From Podarcis bocagei (Eukaryota): a stretch of 64,000 nucleotides of DNA. Numbering within the stretch: position 1 is the first letter of the stretch; every line of letters starts with the position of its first letter. This document shows, piece after piece, positions 1 through 12,580 of this stretch. The notes beneath the pieces were generated by a model that saw only the letters and a program-made list of their open reading frames with translations, was not told where the DNA came from and made no database searches. A program made the position numbers and the translations under genes. The stretch is from the NCBI GenBank assembly GCA_964188305.1, contig OZ076893.1; one strand, 5' to 3'.

Positions 1-639
1 TTTTATCTTGTTATTGTGTAACAGCAGAAGGCTGGCAGTGAATTATGTTAATTGCTGGGATTGTATGTGCATGCTAGTTTCCTTTGAAATATTCATGAAC
101 ATTTTCACTCTGAAGAGAGCATGTTGTGTGTCTTGTTTGTAAGATTTCCTCACAGAGGCCCAGTTCTCACCAAGATGGTTAATCTGTGTCTAGGCTGTAC
201 CATTTCAGATTGCAGATGAAACCCACATCTTTGAATGTTCCTGCGCACAAAGAATTCAGAGCTCTGTCAAAGGTAGATGTCAGGAAGATGGATCCTAATC
301 GTGGGGTGGCTGGCATGGAGGAGCATACAGCCATCTTGAGTCCCCACCTGCAGTCTGAAGTGGTACAGCCCAGACTCAGGTGTACAACCTCATTGAGAAC
401 TGAGCCAGAAGCGCAATTCCTATAATTCCTTGGGAATGATTGCTGCACCAGTTTGAATCTGCAGTGTAGATACATGCTCAGGGTGCATTCTGCTACACAA
501 TTAGATGCTATAGGCAGGAAGTTGTTTTAGGGTACAGTAATAAACTGCGGCTTTATGTGGAGAGGGTGCTGGAAGAAGGACCAGGAAGCCCAGAGATTGC
601 AAGAGTAAAGGAGAGGTTGCCACAAAGCGTCTGGCTCCA

Positions 640-1020
640 GGCCAGTTCTCACCCCTGATAGTTTGTGAATAGCTTTCAGGGCCATCATTTCAGTGAACTG
701 GTTCTGAGTCTTTGTACCTGGTTAATTTGGCATTTAGTATTTGGCATCTGATATCCAAACATGTTTTAGAGCAATGTGGTACCTAACCTTTCGGTTGTGT
801 GGGAAATATATATACACATTCTCAACAGTAATTGATATTTTGTATGTAGCTTCCTTTTATTTTATACCTTGAGTTTTAAATTGTGCATCAACTTTTAATT
901 AATTCATCATAGGTTTTTAATATGCTGTATTTTACTGCTTGGTTTGGTTTGTGAGCCACCCAGAAAACTGCTATAGGGCAGCCTTATAAATGTAATAATA
1001 ATGATGATGCTGATGTTAAT
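640..1020 (+). mobile_element. Degenerate L2-type LINE 3' end
   Basis: T-rich stretch, then GTGAGCCACCCAGA...GGGCAGCCTTATAAAT and a (AAT/GAT)n tail, resembling squamate L2 termini. Boundaries are approximate. Confidence 0.4.
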
Positions 1021-3329
1021 TCATCGATAACTGATTAGTGATTTCATCTGTACTTTTAATTTGTTGTTGAGATTTAAATTATTGTTGTTTATTAGTACTA
1101 TTTTGATGCCAAAAGGGTTGCATTGCTGTTATCAATTCATAATTAGGCTTTCATAACTGCCATACGTGTTGCTTTGCTTGAAATGTGAACCCTGAGATCC
1201 TTGGAAATTGTTTTAGCTACGTTTTCCTACCCAAAATTACATAGTCTGGGAGATTGTTAAGAAAATGACTATGATCAGAAAAATAGGGCGGGCAAAAGAG
1301 ACAGCGGAAGAGAGGTGTGTTTGTGTGTCCGTGTGTGTCCTGTCAATAGGCATTAGCAATTCCAGCACAATATGATGACCCTAAGCTGATGTACTCTTAA
1401 AGCTGCACCAGATCCCACACTTAATCTGTACAGGCAGAACCATTAGTTTCTTTAGTGTTTTTAACAAAAGTTAGAATGATGCGCAGAGGCTTTTCATTAG
1501 TAGACCATCTGGCTCTAAAATATGCAAAACCAGGGCAGACTCTCACCAAATATAACCAGGGCTCCTTCACATATTACTGAAACAATGTGAACATTTAGTG
1601 TGTTCATTACATTTTCAGTTGAGGAGGCTGTACTTATTAAAATCATATGTGCTTGAAAATATGTTGCAAGAGGCCAGGACCTGCTGCGCTTTGTGCACGG
1701 AAATAAATGCAGGCGACAGCTTCATATGCTGTGGGTTTTACTGCCAAACACACTGGTCTTCTAGTTTGTAACAAGCATCCCTGAATTATAGAACATTGAG
1801 ATTGGAAAGAAGAAATCTCACTTTGAAAATTAAGATGAGCATATATGCAGCCAAAGCAACACAGGAGAATCCAAGATCAGAAACTTTATCATCTAATCTT
1901 GAGCAATGCAAGAAAGCAACCATATTTGTTTTTCTGTAAAGATAATGGAAGACAAAGAGTGGAAAGAGCTGGCTAACATCACGCTGTCTAGCCATCTGCC
2001 ACTGGATGAGATTTGACAGCAATAAACATACACAATCCCTGCCCAGAGACCCCACTCAAGATCTTATGGTGCCTTTCACAAATGAGTTTAGTGTAGGGGG
2101 ATGGGAGCATGTAATGAAACTTACTGTATGTTGACCCCCAACATTTAAAATTTCCCTCTTGCTTGCTTGTCTACAATCTTGAACCTAGAAAATAGTCATC
2201 AACTGCCCAAAAAGTCTAAAGCAATCAAACTCAATCACATTTCAGATTTTGAAGTGAGATTTCAGTCTCCCCACTCCTCTCAAATCATAATTACAAGGTT
2301 TCCCATTTCCATTGTTGAAATGTTTTCCTGTGCACCAAATATTTATTGTGATTTCATTAAAGACAAGGGTTTAGAATACAGAATTTCTTTTCCATTCCAT
2401 TAAGTTAAATGGCACGAGTGCGCATTAGGAACTGATTTGAATGCTTCTCATCAAATACTGTTTCCTGTGAAGTTTAGCACAGTGTCCTGTAGTATAATTC
2501 ATGTGTGTTAGTTAAACCAAGCCAAGTGGCTTTGCATCTTTCAAAGCCACTTAGCTTGGTATGCAGCGTTCGTAGCTCTGTGAACCAAGACTGTATATAA
2601 CTAGTTAGAAATATTTATACAGTATGTGTGCTATTTGCGACTAAATGGATTCTGAAAATAAATAGGATTGCAAAGTTGAAAGTTATGTGCAGGTGAATTC
2701 AAGAGAAGCAAGAGTGTATAAAGACATTGGTATTATCAAGATAAGAACATTCATTATAAAGAATAGTATCCTTAAGTTTTTTTAATGTGTATTCTTAGGC
2801 ATTAGAAAAGGCAGAATCAGTAAGTCAAGGAATGTATTTGATATTGTGATTTTTGGTGTTGTAATATACAAATACAAACTCTTGAGCTGAAGAAAATTGC
2901 TCTTGATGTAGCCTGAGTCCAGAATCTCAAGGTACTTCCACCCTGCAGGAGTTTTGTGGGTGCTGCTAATTGTTCTGTGCTCTCTGCCCAGGCACTGTGC
3001 CAATCCCTGACCATCACTAGTCCAAGTGGACTAGAAGGGTGAGTTTAGGTTACATAGAAATCATAGCAAAGAACAGGAAATTGCATCCCCAAACGACTGC
3101 TATATAATAGTTGATTAGTGAGATGATAACTGTGGAAATAGATTTTTACTTCTTTGAAAGGAACCTGTAAACTGTGAGTCCCTGTGTACATGTGAGTCAA
3201 GCTCCTTCATGGAGTCAAAATGGATGTAAGAAGATCCATGGAAATGTATCAGGCAGAAGTGGGAAATGCAGGTGTTGATGATTCCTACCCTCTCCAGGGC
3301 CTGTGACACAGAGAGATATTTAGAATCAG

Positions 3330-4600
3330 AGAAATTAACATTCCTTGGTTAGTAGAACAAGCAGCAGTTCCATCATCACTTACTTGTTAAGACTTTCTTG
3401 TCTGTTGATGTGAAGAGATCTGAACTTGCGTCTTTGAAAAACATTGATCGGGAATTAAGGAAGTTGAGCATTGCTTGGTCCTGAAAGCTCTATATTGGAG
3501 CAACACCTTACTTAGTATGGCAATTCCGTATATAGGGGGACTCCACCCGATGCAACTATACTCCAGCTGGGTCATATGTGACTATTGGGAAGTCACAGCT
3601 GTGGTGAAAAGGAGGCTTGCCTATAAAATAGAAGCTATGAGTTTAATGATAAAATGAGGTGGACGTCTTTGCCATGGAACATATGGTGGTGCACATTTTT
3701 TATGTCCCCAAATACCCAAAAGATTGTACCTTGGTCAAAACAAACTTTGTCCGTGCCAGAGAGCATGTCTCTGCACATAGCAAGCAGCTCACTCCAGAGG
3801 CAGTGGAGCAGCAGTGATTGCCAGTATTCCCAGATGCTTGCGTTTAAAGCCATGGGCCGTGTTTCAAAACCAGGTTTTAGTCACAAATACTCCTCTGGAC
3901 AGTGAAGACCAATCTAGCTAACAGAATAACAAATGCAATACGAACAACCTGTGATCATTGCCCTATATTATCTGCACAGTACTCCTGGAGAAGAACCATC
4001 ACCGTAAATACATTCTGTCTGTTTCATTTCTACTGTGAAATCTCACACACGGGAGGTGCCCAGCTTCTCATCCACACATGATGCCACTAGGAGCAAATCC
4101 AGGTGCTTCCAGTGCAAGCACATAAGACAGAGGACACCACTTTTTCAACAGCAGTGTGCCTCATCTACCTCTTCACTGAAGTCTACCATGACAACATTCA
4201 GAAGGCATTGTCGACCTTTAGGGGAGAGAAAATACTTCTATTCATAGATTTCTTTCATCTTTTCCAGGAAGTCCATGAATCTCCTTGACCTGACCCCTTC
4301 CCTAACTATTATCTTAGTTGTCTCCAATATGGAAGCTGTTTGTTGGGAACATCAGGGACCAGGTTCTTGCTCATAAAACTCTTTTTAACCTTGCTCCTCC
4401 TAACCTTTGACTCCAGAGGCTTAAAAATTTCCTTTGTGATGTCATGGTTTATTCTGTTTTGTGCACTGGCTGCAAAACTCCTGAAATTTAGGAAAGGGTA
4501 TATGGAGAGACTCTTAGTATACTCCATTTGGAGAACAAAGGCCATAGTGGGAATGAGCTTTGAAGAGCTCTCCTGCATCGGTTATTGAATGCCATTCATT
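3330..4600 (-). mobile_element. Old, frameshifted non-LTR retrotransposon reverse-transcriptase remnant
   Basis: Minus-strand translations give collinear decayed RT motifs: FMDF (~4270), YCADN (YADD-like, ~3975), LTKVQSFGYLG (~3705-3740) and LEYSCIGWSP (~3540-3570). Confidence 0.5.
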
Positions 4601-4869
4601 TAAAGGAAATTCAGGCAGACAATCAATGGGTCTTTTAACGTGATCTTATATCCAGCAAATGGCAGTATATCACTTAATTGCGCAGCCACTGGTGTTTGTT
4701 GCATTCTGTTTTTTAAAAAATCTGCAAAATCTGCAATTTGCTGGTTTAGCTTATAACCCCAACCATTCCAAACAAAGAGCGTTCATTATTGAATTTAAAT
4801 GCTTGTGACATTCATTAATGAATTCAAAAGCTTGTAATGACATAGGATTTATTGTTCATATAATTATCT

Positions 4870-5256
4870 TGGGAAATCCAGTCGCTGACAGCTGGCGAAT
4901 GGGCTCCCAGCTCTTCTTCAACAGTTGCACTGGCGCTTTAAGACCTCCCCCACCCCATTGCTGGAGCTGGGGAGGGGGAGAATGGGTGGTCCATTGCAAA
5001 CAGCCAGGCGCTTCCTTGATTCCAGGAGCCCTGTATCTGCTTTGATGGACAACAAAGCTCCTCCCCTCTTGATTCCGATACGGACTAGGCACCGCCGCTG
5101 TTTTCTGTGGAAGAAAAACAGAGAAAAGATGCAGATGGTGCGCCGCTTTCTCATCCCTTGCGCGATCTAACCCGGGATTCTGTGTTGTTTCCTTGGCTGT
5201 GCTGGAATCAGAGAGGACAGAGGTCCAGCAAAGGAAGAGGAAATTTTGGCGACATT
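4870..5256 (+). promoter_or_regulatory. Promoter/5' UTR region of the first variable exon, with CGCT boxes
   Basis: Local CpG enrichment; GTCGCTG at 4881, GCGCTTTAA at 4933 and CGCCGCTG with CGCT at 5096-5099, 160-375 bp upstream of the ATG. This is the usual position of the Pcdh conserved sequence element. Confidence 0.5.
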
Positions 5257-7707
5257 ATGCTGTCTCTGGAAGAAAGACTACTCCTGCCATGGCAAGTAAG
5301 AGCTTTGCTTTTGGTTTCTGTCTCTCTCCAGAGTGCTGGAGAGATGACCCAGCTCCGTTATTCAATTCCTGAGGAGTTAGCTCCTGGGGCCTTTGTTGGG
5401 GATGTGGCTAAAGACTTGGGTCTAGATGCTGCCCGGGTGGTCTCCCGACAGCTGCAGATCATGGCTGGCTCTGCTGAAAAGTACTTCGAAGCCAAGGTGC
5501 CAAATGGTGTCTTGGTCGTGAAAGCACGGCTGGACCGAGAGCAGCTTTGTGGGCCCAGCTTACACTGCCTGCTCTATCTGGAGCTCCTACTTGCAAACCC
5601 AACAGCCTCCCATCGTGTGGAAGTTGAGCTCTTGGATGTGAATGACAACGACCCAGTTTTTCTTACCAGTCTCACCCATTTGGAGATAGCAGAGTCTGCA
5701 ATGCCAGGGGCCCGCTTCCCCCTGGAAAGTGCTGAAGATTTGGACGTTGGCATGAATTCAGTCAGCACCTACCAGCTGAGTCCACGTGGACAATTCAGCC
5801 TCAGTGTTAAGTCACATAAAGGCGGCAGCAAACCTGAGCTGGTGTTAGAGAAGGCGCTGGATAGAGAACAGCAGCAGCGCTACCCCCTGGTGCTTACAGC
5901 CCTGGATGGAGGAGTTCCTGCTAAATCCGGGACAGCAAAGATTCTCGTGTCAGTCATAGACGCCAATGACAATCCACCTGTCTTTAACCAGTCGGTGTAC
6001 AAAGTTAGCCTACTAGAAAATGCCCCAGTGGGGGCCCTTGTGATACATTTACAAGCTACAGACAATGATGAGGGGGCAAATGGGAAAGTTTCCTACTCCT
6101 TCAGCAGCCACACTCCACAGAAAATCCGGAAAATGTTCAGCCTTAATGAGGAGACTGGGGAGATAAGAGTCCTGGGAAGTGTGGATTACGAAGATGACAC
6201 ATTGTATGAAATTGATGTGAGGGCCAAAGACCAAGGGTCACCTTCCATGGATGGACACTGCAACATCTTAGTGGAGGTAGTGGATGTGAATGACAATGAG
6301 CCTATCATTAGGTTCACTTCCCTCACCACCACCATACCAGAAGATGCTCCCCCAGGTACCACAGCGGGGCTCCTCAGAGTCAGTGATGCAGATTCTGGGG
6401 GAAATGGAGAAGTACAGCTTCATCTCCCTGCAGATGTCCCCTTCCAGATTGTACCTTCCTTCAAGAACCACTACTCTTTGATCACCAGTGGCCCCCTAGA
6501 TCGGGAGGAAATCTCACAGTACAAAGTTATGATCACAGCTACGGATTCTGGTTCTCCACCTCTCTCCAGTCAAAGAAACTTCCTTATAAATATATCTGAC
6601 CTGAACGATAACCCACCCCACTTCTCACAGCCTGCATATGAGACCCTCGTAACTGAGAACAATGCTCTGGGGCTGCCAATCATTTCTATATCTGCCTTTG
6701 ACCCTGATCTGGGGCAGAACTCACACCTGTCTTATTCATTAGTGGAGCATATCATAAATGGAATGCCCATTTCCTCCTATGTCTATGTTATGGAGAACGG
6801 TACTATCTACAGTGGCTGCTCATTTGACTATGAGCAAACCCAGCAACTGGTTTTCCAGATTCAAGCTAAGGATAATGGTTCTCCTCCACTCTGTGCCAAT
6901 GTGACTGTCTCCATCTTCATCATAGACCAGAATGATAATGCTCCTCTCGTTGTATACCCTGTAACCAAGAAGGGGGTCCTAGCCCAGCAGCCAGTTCCTT
7001 TTTCTGCACAAGGAGGTTACCTGGTAACCAAAGTCACAGCTGTGGATGCAGACTCTGGGCAGAATGCATGGGTTTCTTATAAGCTGCAGCAAGCCACAGA
7101 CCCAAGCCTTTTCCAAGTCTCGGCGTTCACAGGAGAGATCCGAACCGTCCGAGCCCTCCTGGAACAAGACGCCCCTTCCCAAGAGTTGGTTGTTGAGATC
7201 TTGGACAATGGGAAGCCACCTCTGTCTGCCACAGCAACTCTGATTCTTAATCTAGAGCATGAGCATGAGTTGGGCACAGCAGACCTCAGAGAGTCCAGCA
7301 TGGAACAAGAAGGGCTGTCTCACCTGACCTTGCAACTCATTATTGCTCTAATCACAATCTCAGGACTTTCTGCTCTGGCCTTTGTGTTTTTAGCTATGAA
7401 GTGTCTTAAAAGATTGAAAGGAAGACACTCAGATGTGGGTTGGACCAGCGACCTGAAGGGTAGGAACTCTATTCCTGTGGGAGGACACTTTGACACGTTC
7501 TCAGTACGCTTGAGCCAGGAGGAAAAAATGGAATTCCCTACAGCCTTCATTGGGGGAGATGTTGTTTCTCCTTTTACCCTCCTAAGGCCTGGCCAGACCC
7601 ACTTTTCAGAAGGGAGGAATTTCAGGATAGCTACACCAGTCACTCAGCAGGATATCAACAGCACAGGCACACTTCTGGCCTGCAGCCTTTCCCGAGAGCC
7701 AAAGGAG
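5257..7707 (+). CDS. Protocadherin gamma C-type variable exon (not clearly gammaC3, C4 or C5); 817 codons
   Basis: First in-frame ATG at 5257 (the ORF track start at 5107 is GTG). Signal peptide, QLRYSIPEE EC1 start, six cadherin repeats (LDRE, DxNDN, AxDxG), TM LTLQLIIALITI..., phase-0 donor GAG|GTGAGG at 7707/7708. Confidence 0.93.
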
Positions 7708-9237
7708 GTGAGGCATGAAATACTATTCTATAACTATGTCGTGTAGCACCCTGTGATTCTGTAACAATCTCCAGGGATAGAGGTCACAGATGCAATGGCA
7801 ATGTCAGGCAGCCTTTGTGTTAAGGTGGTCAGTTTGTAAATTAAAAAGCATTTTGTTGGATTTGAGATTCTTCAAGGAGATAGGCTATTTTAGAAGAAGC
7901 TTGGGAAGATTAGCAGTTGTTCACCCTGTGGATATTTGGCAAGAAGTAATGCTTTTAAACTACTGGTACTTAGATTTTAGGTTAACAAGCAGCAAAAAGT
8001 TTCTAACCGAAAAATAAATCCAGCAGTTAAATGATTTTCCAGGGGAGGTTGTCAAATATTTGTTTTTCTGATGTTTTTGAAAGCTTGGTGGAAAGAGGGG
8101 AAAGAAAAAGTGCTGAGGATCATAAGTCGGGAGTGCATCAAGAATGAGGCACCCCATCTTAAGAAAAATGGTCCACTCACTGAGTCCATCACACTTCTGT
8201 GAATCTGTACTTGGGTGTCTCATTATTGGAAAGTGCCTTAACACCACAGCTTAAAAACTACTTGGTATGTGGGTCCCTGACATTCAAAGCCACACCATGG
8301 TCTTTGGGTTACAATGGTTCTACTTAGAAATACTGCTGCATTGATTGTGGTGTTCTAATTTTGGAAAGGCCAATGAATAGAGCTGGGAGGCCTTAAGCAA
8401 TTTTGAAGATTGTGCATTCTTCACTGTGTGGTGGAGGTTCCCATGTCTGCATTTGAAAATGAACATTCTGAAAGGGTCTGTTTTGCCTTGGTAATGACTA
8501 AGAGTTTTAAATGCATTTATTGAAGCTGCGTCGCAAAATGCTAAAGCACTTTCTGTGAGAGTTTCTCCCTATCTTTCGTCTTTTCGACTGTAACAAATAC
8601 CTTTTTCACTGCAAGTGAAAAATCGGACCAGTTGTTCGCCAGAGAGACTATGATTCTGTATCCCCTACAGCTGAGAGTTTGTCTTTTGTTCAGATGAGAT
8701 GGAATGAATCTAGCTAATGTGAACAATGAGGATTTGTACCGTTCATGCTTCCCAGACGTGCTGTTTCCTTGAGAACAAGAATCTGAGCTGCTAAACTTAG
8801 CTGCCAAAACCAGTGGCAAACCAGCCTCTTGGTTACATTTAGGGTTGAGGTATGGGGGTGATCAGTCCTGGTCTCCCAACTTCATGTGCTGCAGCAGCTT
8901 TAAGAGTGTAGGTGGACTTGTCACTGGTGGAGAGTGGATGGAGCTGTCATCTAGTCAGGTGCTGATCCAGATTTTGGGGGGAGGGGGGATCAGCTCTTTC
9001 TGCCTTGACTTTCCTCCTCCGTCGCTATGGCTGTAATTCAGCTTCCCTCCCCCAATCCACCCCCTCAACTCTCTGACTAACATTCTGTTGCTGCAGCTAG
9101 GCAAGCTCAAAAGCTACTTTAACTCATTTGGAAGGAAATACCGAGGGATTTGAAAAACAGCATTCATCCAGGTCCTGGAGCCTCCTTATCCCTGGGATAT
9201 CACAAAGACTCCTTCTGGAAGGGGACTTTTTTCTGAA

Positions 9238-11688
9238 ATGGAGCCACATTTGTCCCGGCAACCCTCTTTCAAATGGCAAGTACTGGGTTTGTTTTTGCTG
9301 TTCAGCCGGGCGTTGGTTACAGGACAGATCCACTATTCCGTGGTGGAGGAATCGGAGCTGGGCACCGTGGTGGGAAAGGTGGCTCAGGACTTGGGCTTAA
9401 CGGTGGCAGACCTTTCCCGTCGCAGGCTGAGGCTGGGCTCTGAGGAGAGCAAGAGGTACTTTGCAGTTAACTTGGCCAACGGTGCTCTGATAGTGAATGA
9501 AAAGATAGACCGAGAGACCCTGTGTGGAGCAAGCTCGGGGTGCATTTTGCCAGTCCAAGTAGTCATAGAAAATCCCTTGGAGCTCTTTCACCTGGAGGTA
9601 GAGATCCTGGACTTAAATGACAATTCCCCCGGTTTCCTCACCCCCAAGCTTGTGCTGAGGATAGCAGAGTCTGCCGCCACAGGGTCTCGCTTTCCACTGG
9701 AGAGCGCTCATGATGCGGACGTGGGGACCAATGCTGTCAGTGTCTACCGACTCAGCCCCAACCCCCACTTCTCACTTAATGTAAAGAATGTGAACGATGG
9801 CAAGCTTTTACCTGAGCTGGTGCTAGAGCAACCTTTGGACCGAGAGCAACAATCGGAACACCAGCTCATCCTGACTGCCTGTGATGGGGGGGACCCTGTA
9901 CTGTCAGGAACAGCTCTGATCACCATTGTGGTCCTGGATAATAATGATAATGAGCCTGCATTTGACCTTCCTTTGTACAAGATAAGATTTTCGGAGAACA
10001 TCCCTGTAGGCTCTTTGCTTTTCAGACTTAATGCAACTGACCCTGATGCAGGTTCCAATGGGGAAATACAGTATTCCTTTGGAATCCACACACCTGATTC
10101 CATCCAGAAGTTGTTTGGCTTGGATCCCCACACAGGTGAGATCCGTGTCCAAGGAGTTGTGGATTTTGAAGAATCTCATTTTTATGAGCTTCATGTAAGG
10201 GCCAGGGACAAGGGCATTCCTCAAATGGAAGGCCATTGTGTAATCCAAATGGAAGTTGAAGACGAGAACGACCACCCCCCAGAGGTTCTCCTTACCTCTC
10301 TGGTAAACCCCGTGCCAGAAAACACCCCTTTAGAGACAGTGGTAGGGCTTTTCAATGTGCGAGACCAAGATTCAGGTGCCAATGGAAAGGTGAGCTTACA
10401 AATATCACCAAACTTGCCCTTTAAAATTAAATCTTTTGAAAACCACTATTCTTTGATTACCTCTGAGAAACTGGATAGAGAAACAGTTTCTCGATACACT
10501 ATCAAGTTGACGGCCCAAGATTCAGGGTCCCCACCTCTAACCACAGATGTCACCATCTTGCTGAACATTTCAGATGTTAATGACAATGCCCCGTACTTCT
10601 CTCAGCCCTTCTACAACTCCTTCTTGAAGGAGAACAATCCACCTGGCTCTCTGCTATGCGCTGTGGCGGCCTCTGATCCTGACGAGGGGGACAATTCCCG
10701 GCTCACGTACTCAGTGGCAGGAAGCCCCATTCAAGATGCTCCAGTCTCTTCTTTCATTTACGTCAACCCAGACAATGGGAATGTCTATGCCCAGCACTCT
10801 TTTGACTATGAAACGCTGCAGGTGCTGCAAATCCCCATCATGGTGCATGATGCTGGGTCACCCCAACTGAGCTCCAGTGTCACTGTCTACCTCTTCATAA
10901 TGGATCAGAATGATAACACGCCTGTTGTTTTGCACCCAGTGACTGGTCGGGAACTGTCTGCAATCCAGAGGATCCCTCAGTCTGCATCGGCAGGCTATGT
11001 GGTCACCAAAATCACTGCCGTGGATGCAGACTCTGGCCACAATGCCTGGCTTTCTTACTCCTTGCTTTCCCAGTCTACTGACCCCTCCTTGTTCCGAGTG
11101 GCTCCCTACACTGGGGAAATCTGGACTGTTCGGGAGTTCCAGGAAACAGATCTCCCGGCACAGAAAATCCTTGTACAAGTGAAGGACAATGGAGAACCAC
11201 CTTTGTCTACCACCGTCACCATCGTGGTCTCATTGGAGGATAAAGTAACTGAGGAAAGGCCCCAGTCTCGTGATTTCCTGACTCACCCCAAAGAAAAATC
11301 TGACCTGACCCTCTATCTGATTATTGCTCTGGTGGCAGTTAGCATTGTGTCCCTCGTTACGTTCATAATCTTGTCTGCAAAATGCTTTCGGAATAAAAAA
11401 GCCAGGGGTTCTTCTTGCTGCAGCCTGAGTGGTGCTCCTGCCAGGGATGTTTTCAAACAATCCAGCCCTAAGCTTCAACTGAACTCAGATGGCACATTGA
11501 AATACATGGAGGTCACACTCAGGCCCACAGACTCCCAGAGCCAGGGCTATAGAGCCAGCTATTCTCCCGGCTCGGACAGAAGTGATTTCACCTTTATGAG
11601 GCCTGTGGATTATCCTCAACCAAGTACTCTGACGAGAGACTTTGACACTTTCTTATCTCGTACTGATACACTGAACCATCCCAGGCAG
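9238..11688 (+). CDS. PCDHGC5: Protocadherin gamma-C5 variable exon; 817 codons
   Basis: Diagnostic gammaC5 sequence: KWQVL signal peptide, YSVVEESE.GT.VG.VAQDLGL, LGSEE, KIDRE.LCGAS..C.LPVQVV, and cytoplasmic DGTLKYMEVTLRPTDSQS...SDFTF.RP. Phase-0 donor CAG|GTGAGG at 11688/11689. Confidence 0.92.
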
Positions 11689-12494
11689 GTGAGGTGGCAT
11701 TTTGTCCTTTTTCTCCTTTCCCACATGAAACTGGTATCTCCAGTAACACTTTGAAACTTGACTGAGGGCTGATTCATCGGTTATCAGAATAGGGTGGGGC
11801 CTCCTTCTTCATAACCTAACCCTGCACCATGTAGTCATAACGCCTTGGGAAAGAGAGAGCAGGAGAGGGGGGGGATTACATTGTTTCTTCCCACAAATTG
11901 CTGCCTTTTAATGAGAGAAAGTGGGTAGGGGAGCAGGGACTGGAACTAGGATGTGAACAATAAGAAAATGATAATTTAAAATCATCCTTCAAATGCTGCC
12001 TGTCACAAAGTTAGCTCTTCATATTTTTGCAACTGCTAAGCCCCCCCCCCATACAATTAGATTTCTTTCCCTGAGAAAAACCAATCACTCCCTTGAGTTT
12101 TTACATTGGAAGGGTGGAGTCTAAGGCTTCTGAAATACCAGTAAATAAAGCTAGCTATTAATTTGGTAGCCTAGAAATAACTAAAAGAGATTGATCTGGA
12201 AGCTTAGGATGGGGTAAGAGGAACTATTGTTTCCTAGAATTCATTGAATTATCTTTGCTCATAAAAATGACAAATCAGCTGTTCTGTTGTGGATGTAATA
12301 CGTGAGGAGTCAGTGTGCTTTTAGAGCAAACATTTCTTTGCAGCTTATGCTTCTAAGAGTCCTATAGCTAGCACAGAAGCCAAAACCAGACAAGATTTTG
12401 GGCTTTGTTTTCCATTGTCTGCCGTTTAGCCTGGTGTCTCTAGGTTAAAAACAGCAGGTTACGCGGTCCTTTTTCACACAGTAGCAACTTCCAG

Positions 12495-12580
12495 ACTTGG
12501 ATTGGTGCGTGTGTTGCTGTCCTGGGAAGGAGGCTGCTGATTGGATAAATAGAAAGGCAGTCTCAGCCAATGAGCAGGAG
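12495..12580 (+). promoter_or_regulatory. CCAAT-box cluster (candidate NF-Y promoter) upstream of the third variable exon
   Basis: ATTGG at 12501 and 12540 and CCAAT at 12567, 240-310 bp upstream of the ATG at 12811. Confidence 0.5.

Noticed and set aside
5107-5256. N-terminal extensions of the ORF-track calls (5107 GTG, 12796 GTG, 16095 TTG)
   Set aside because: Non-ATG starts from a prokaryote-style caller. The first in-frame ATGs (5257, 12811, 16116) give normal signal peptides.
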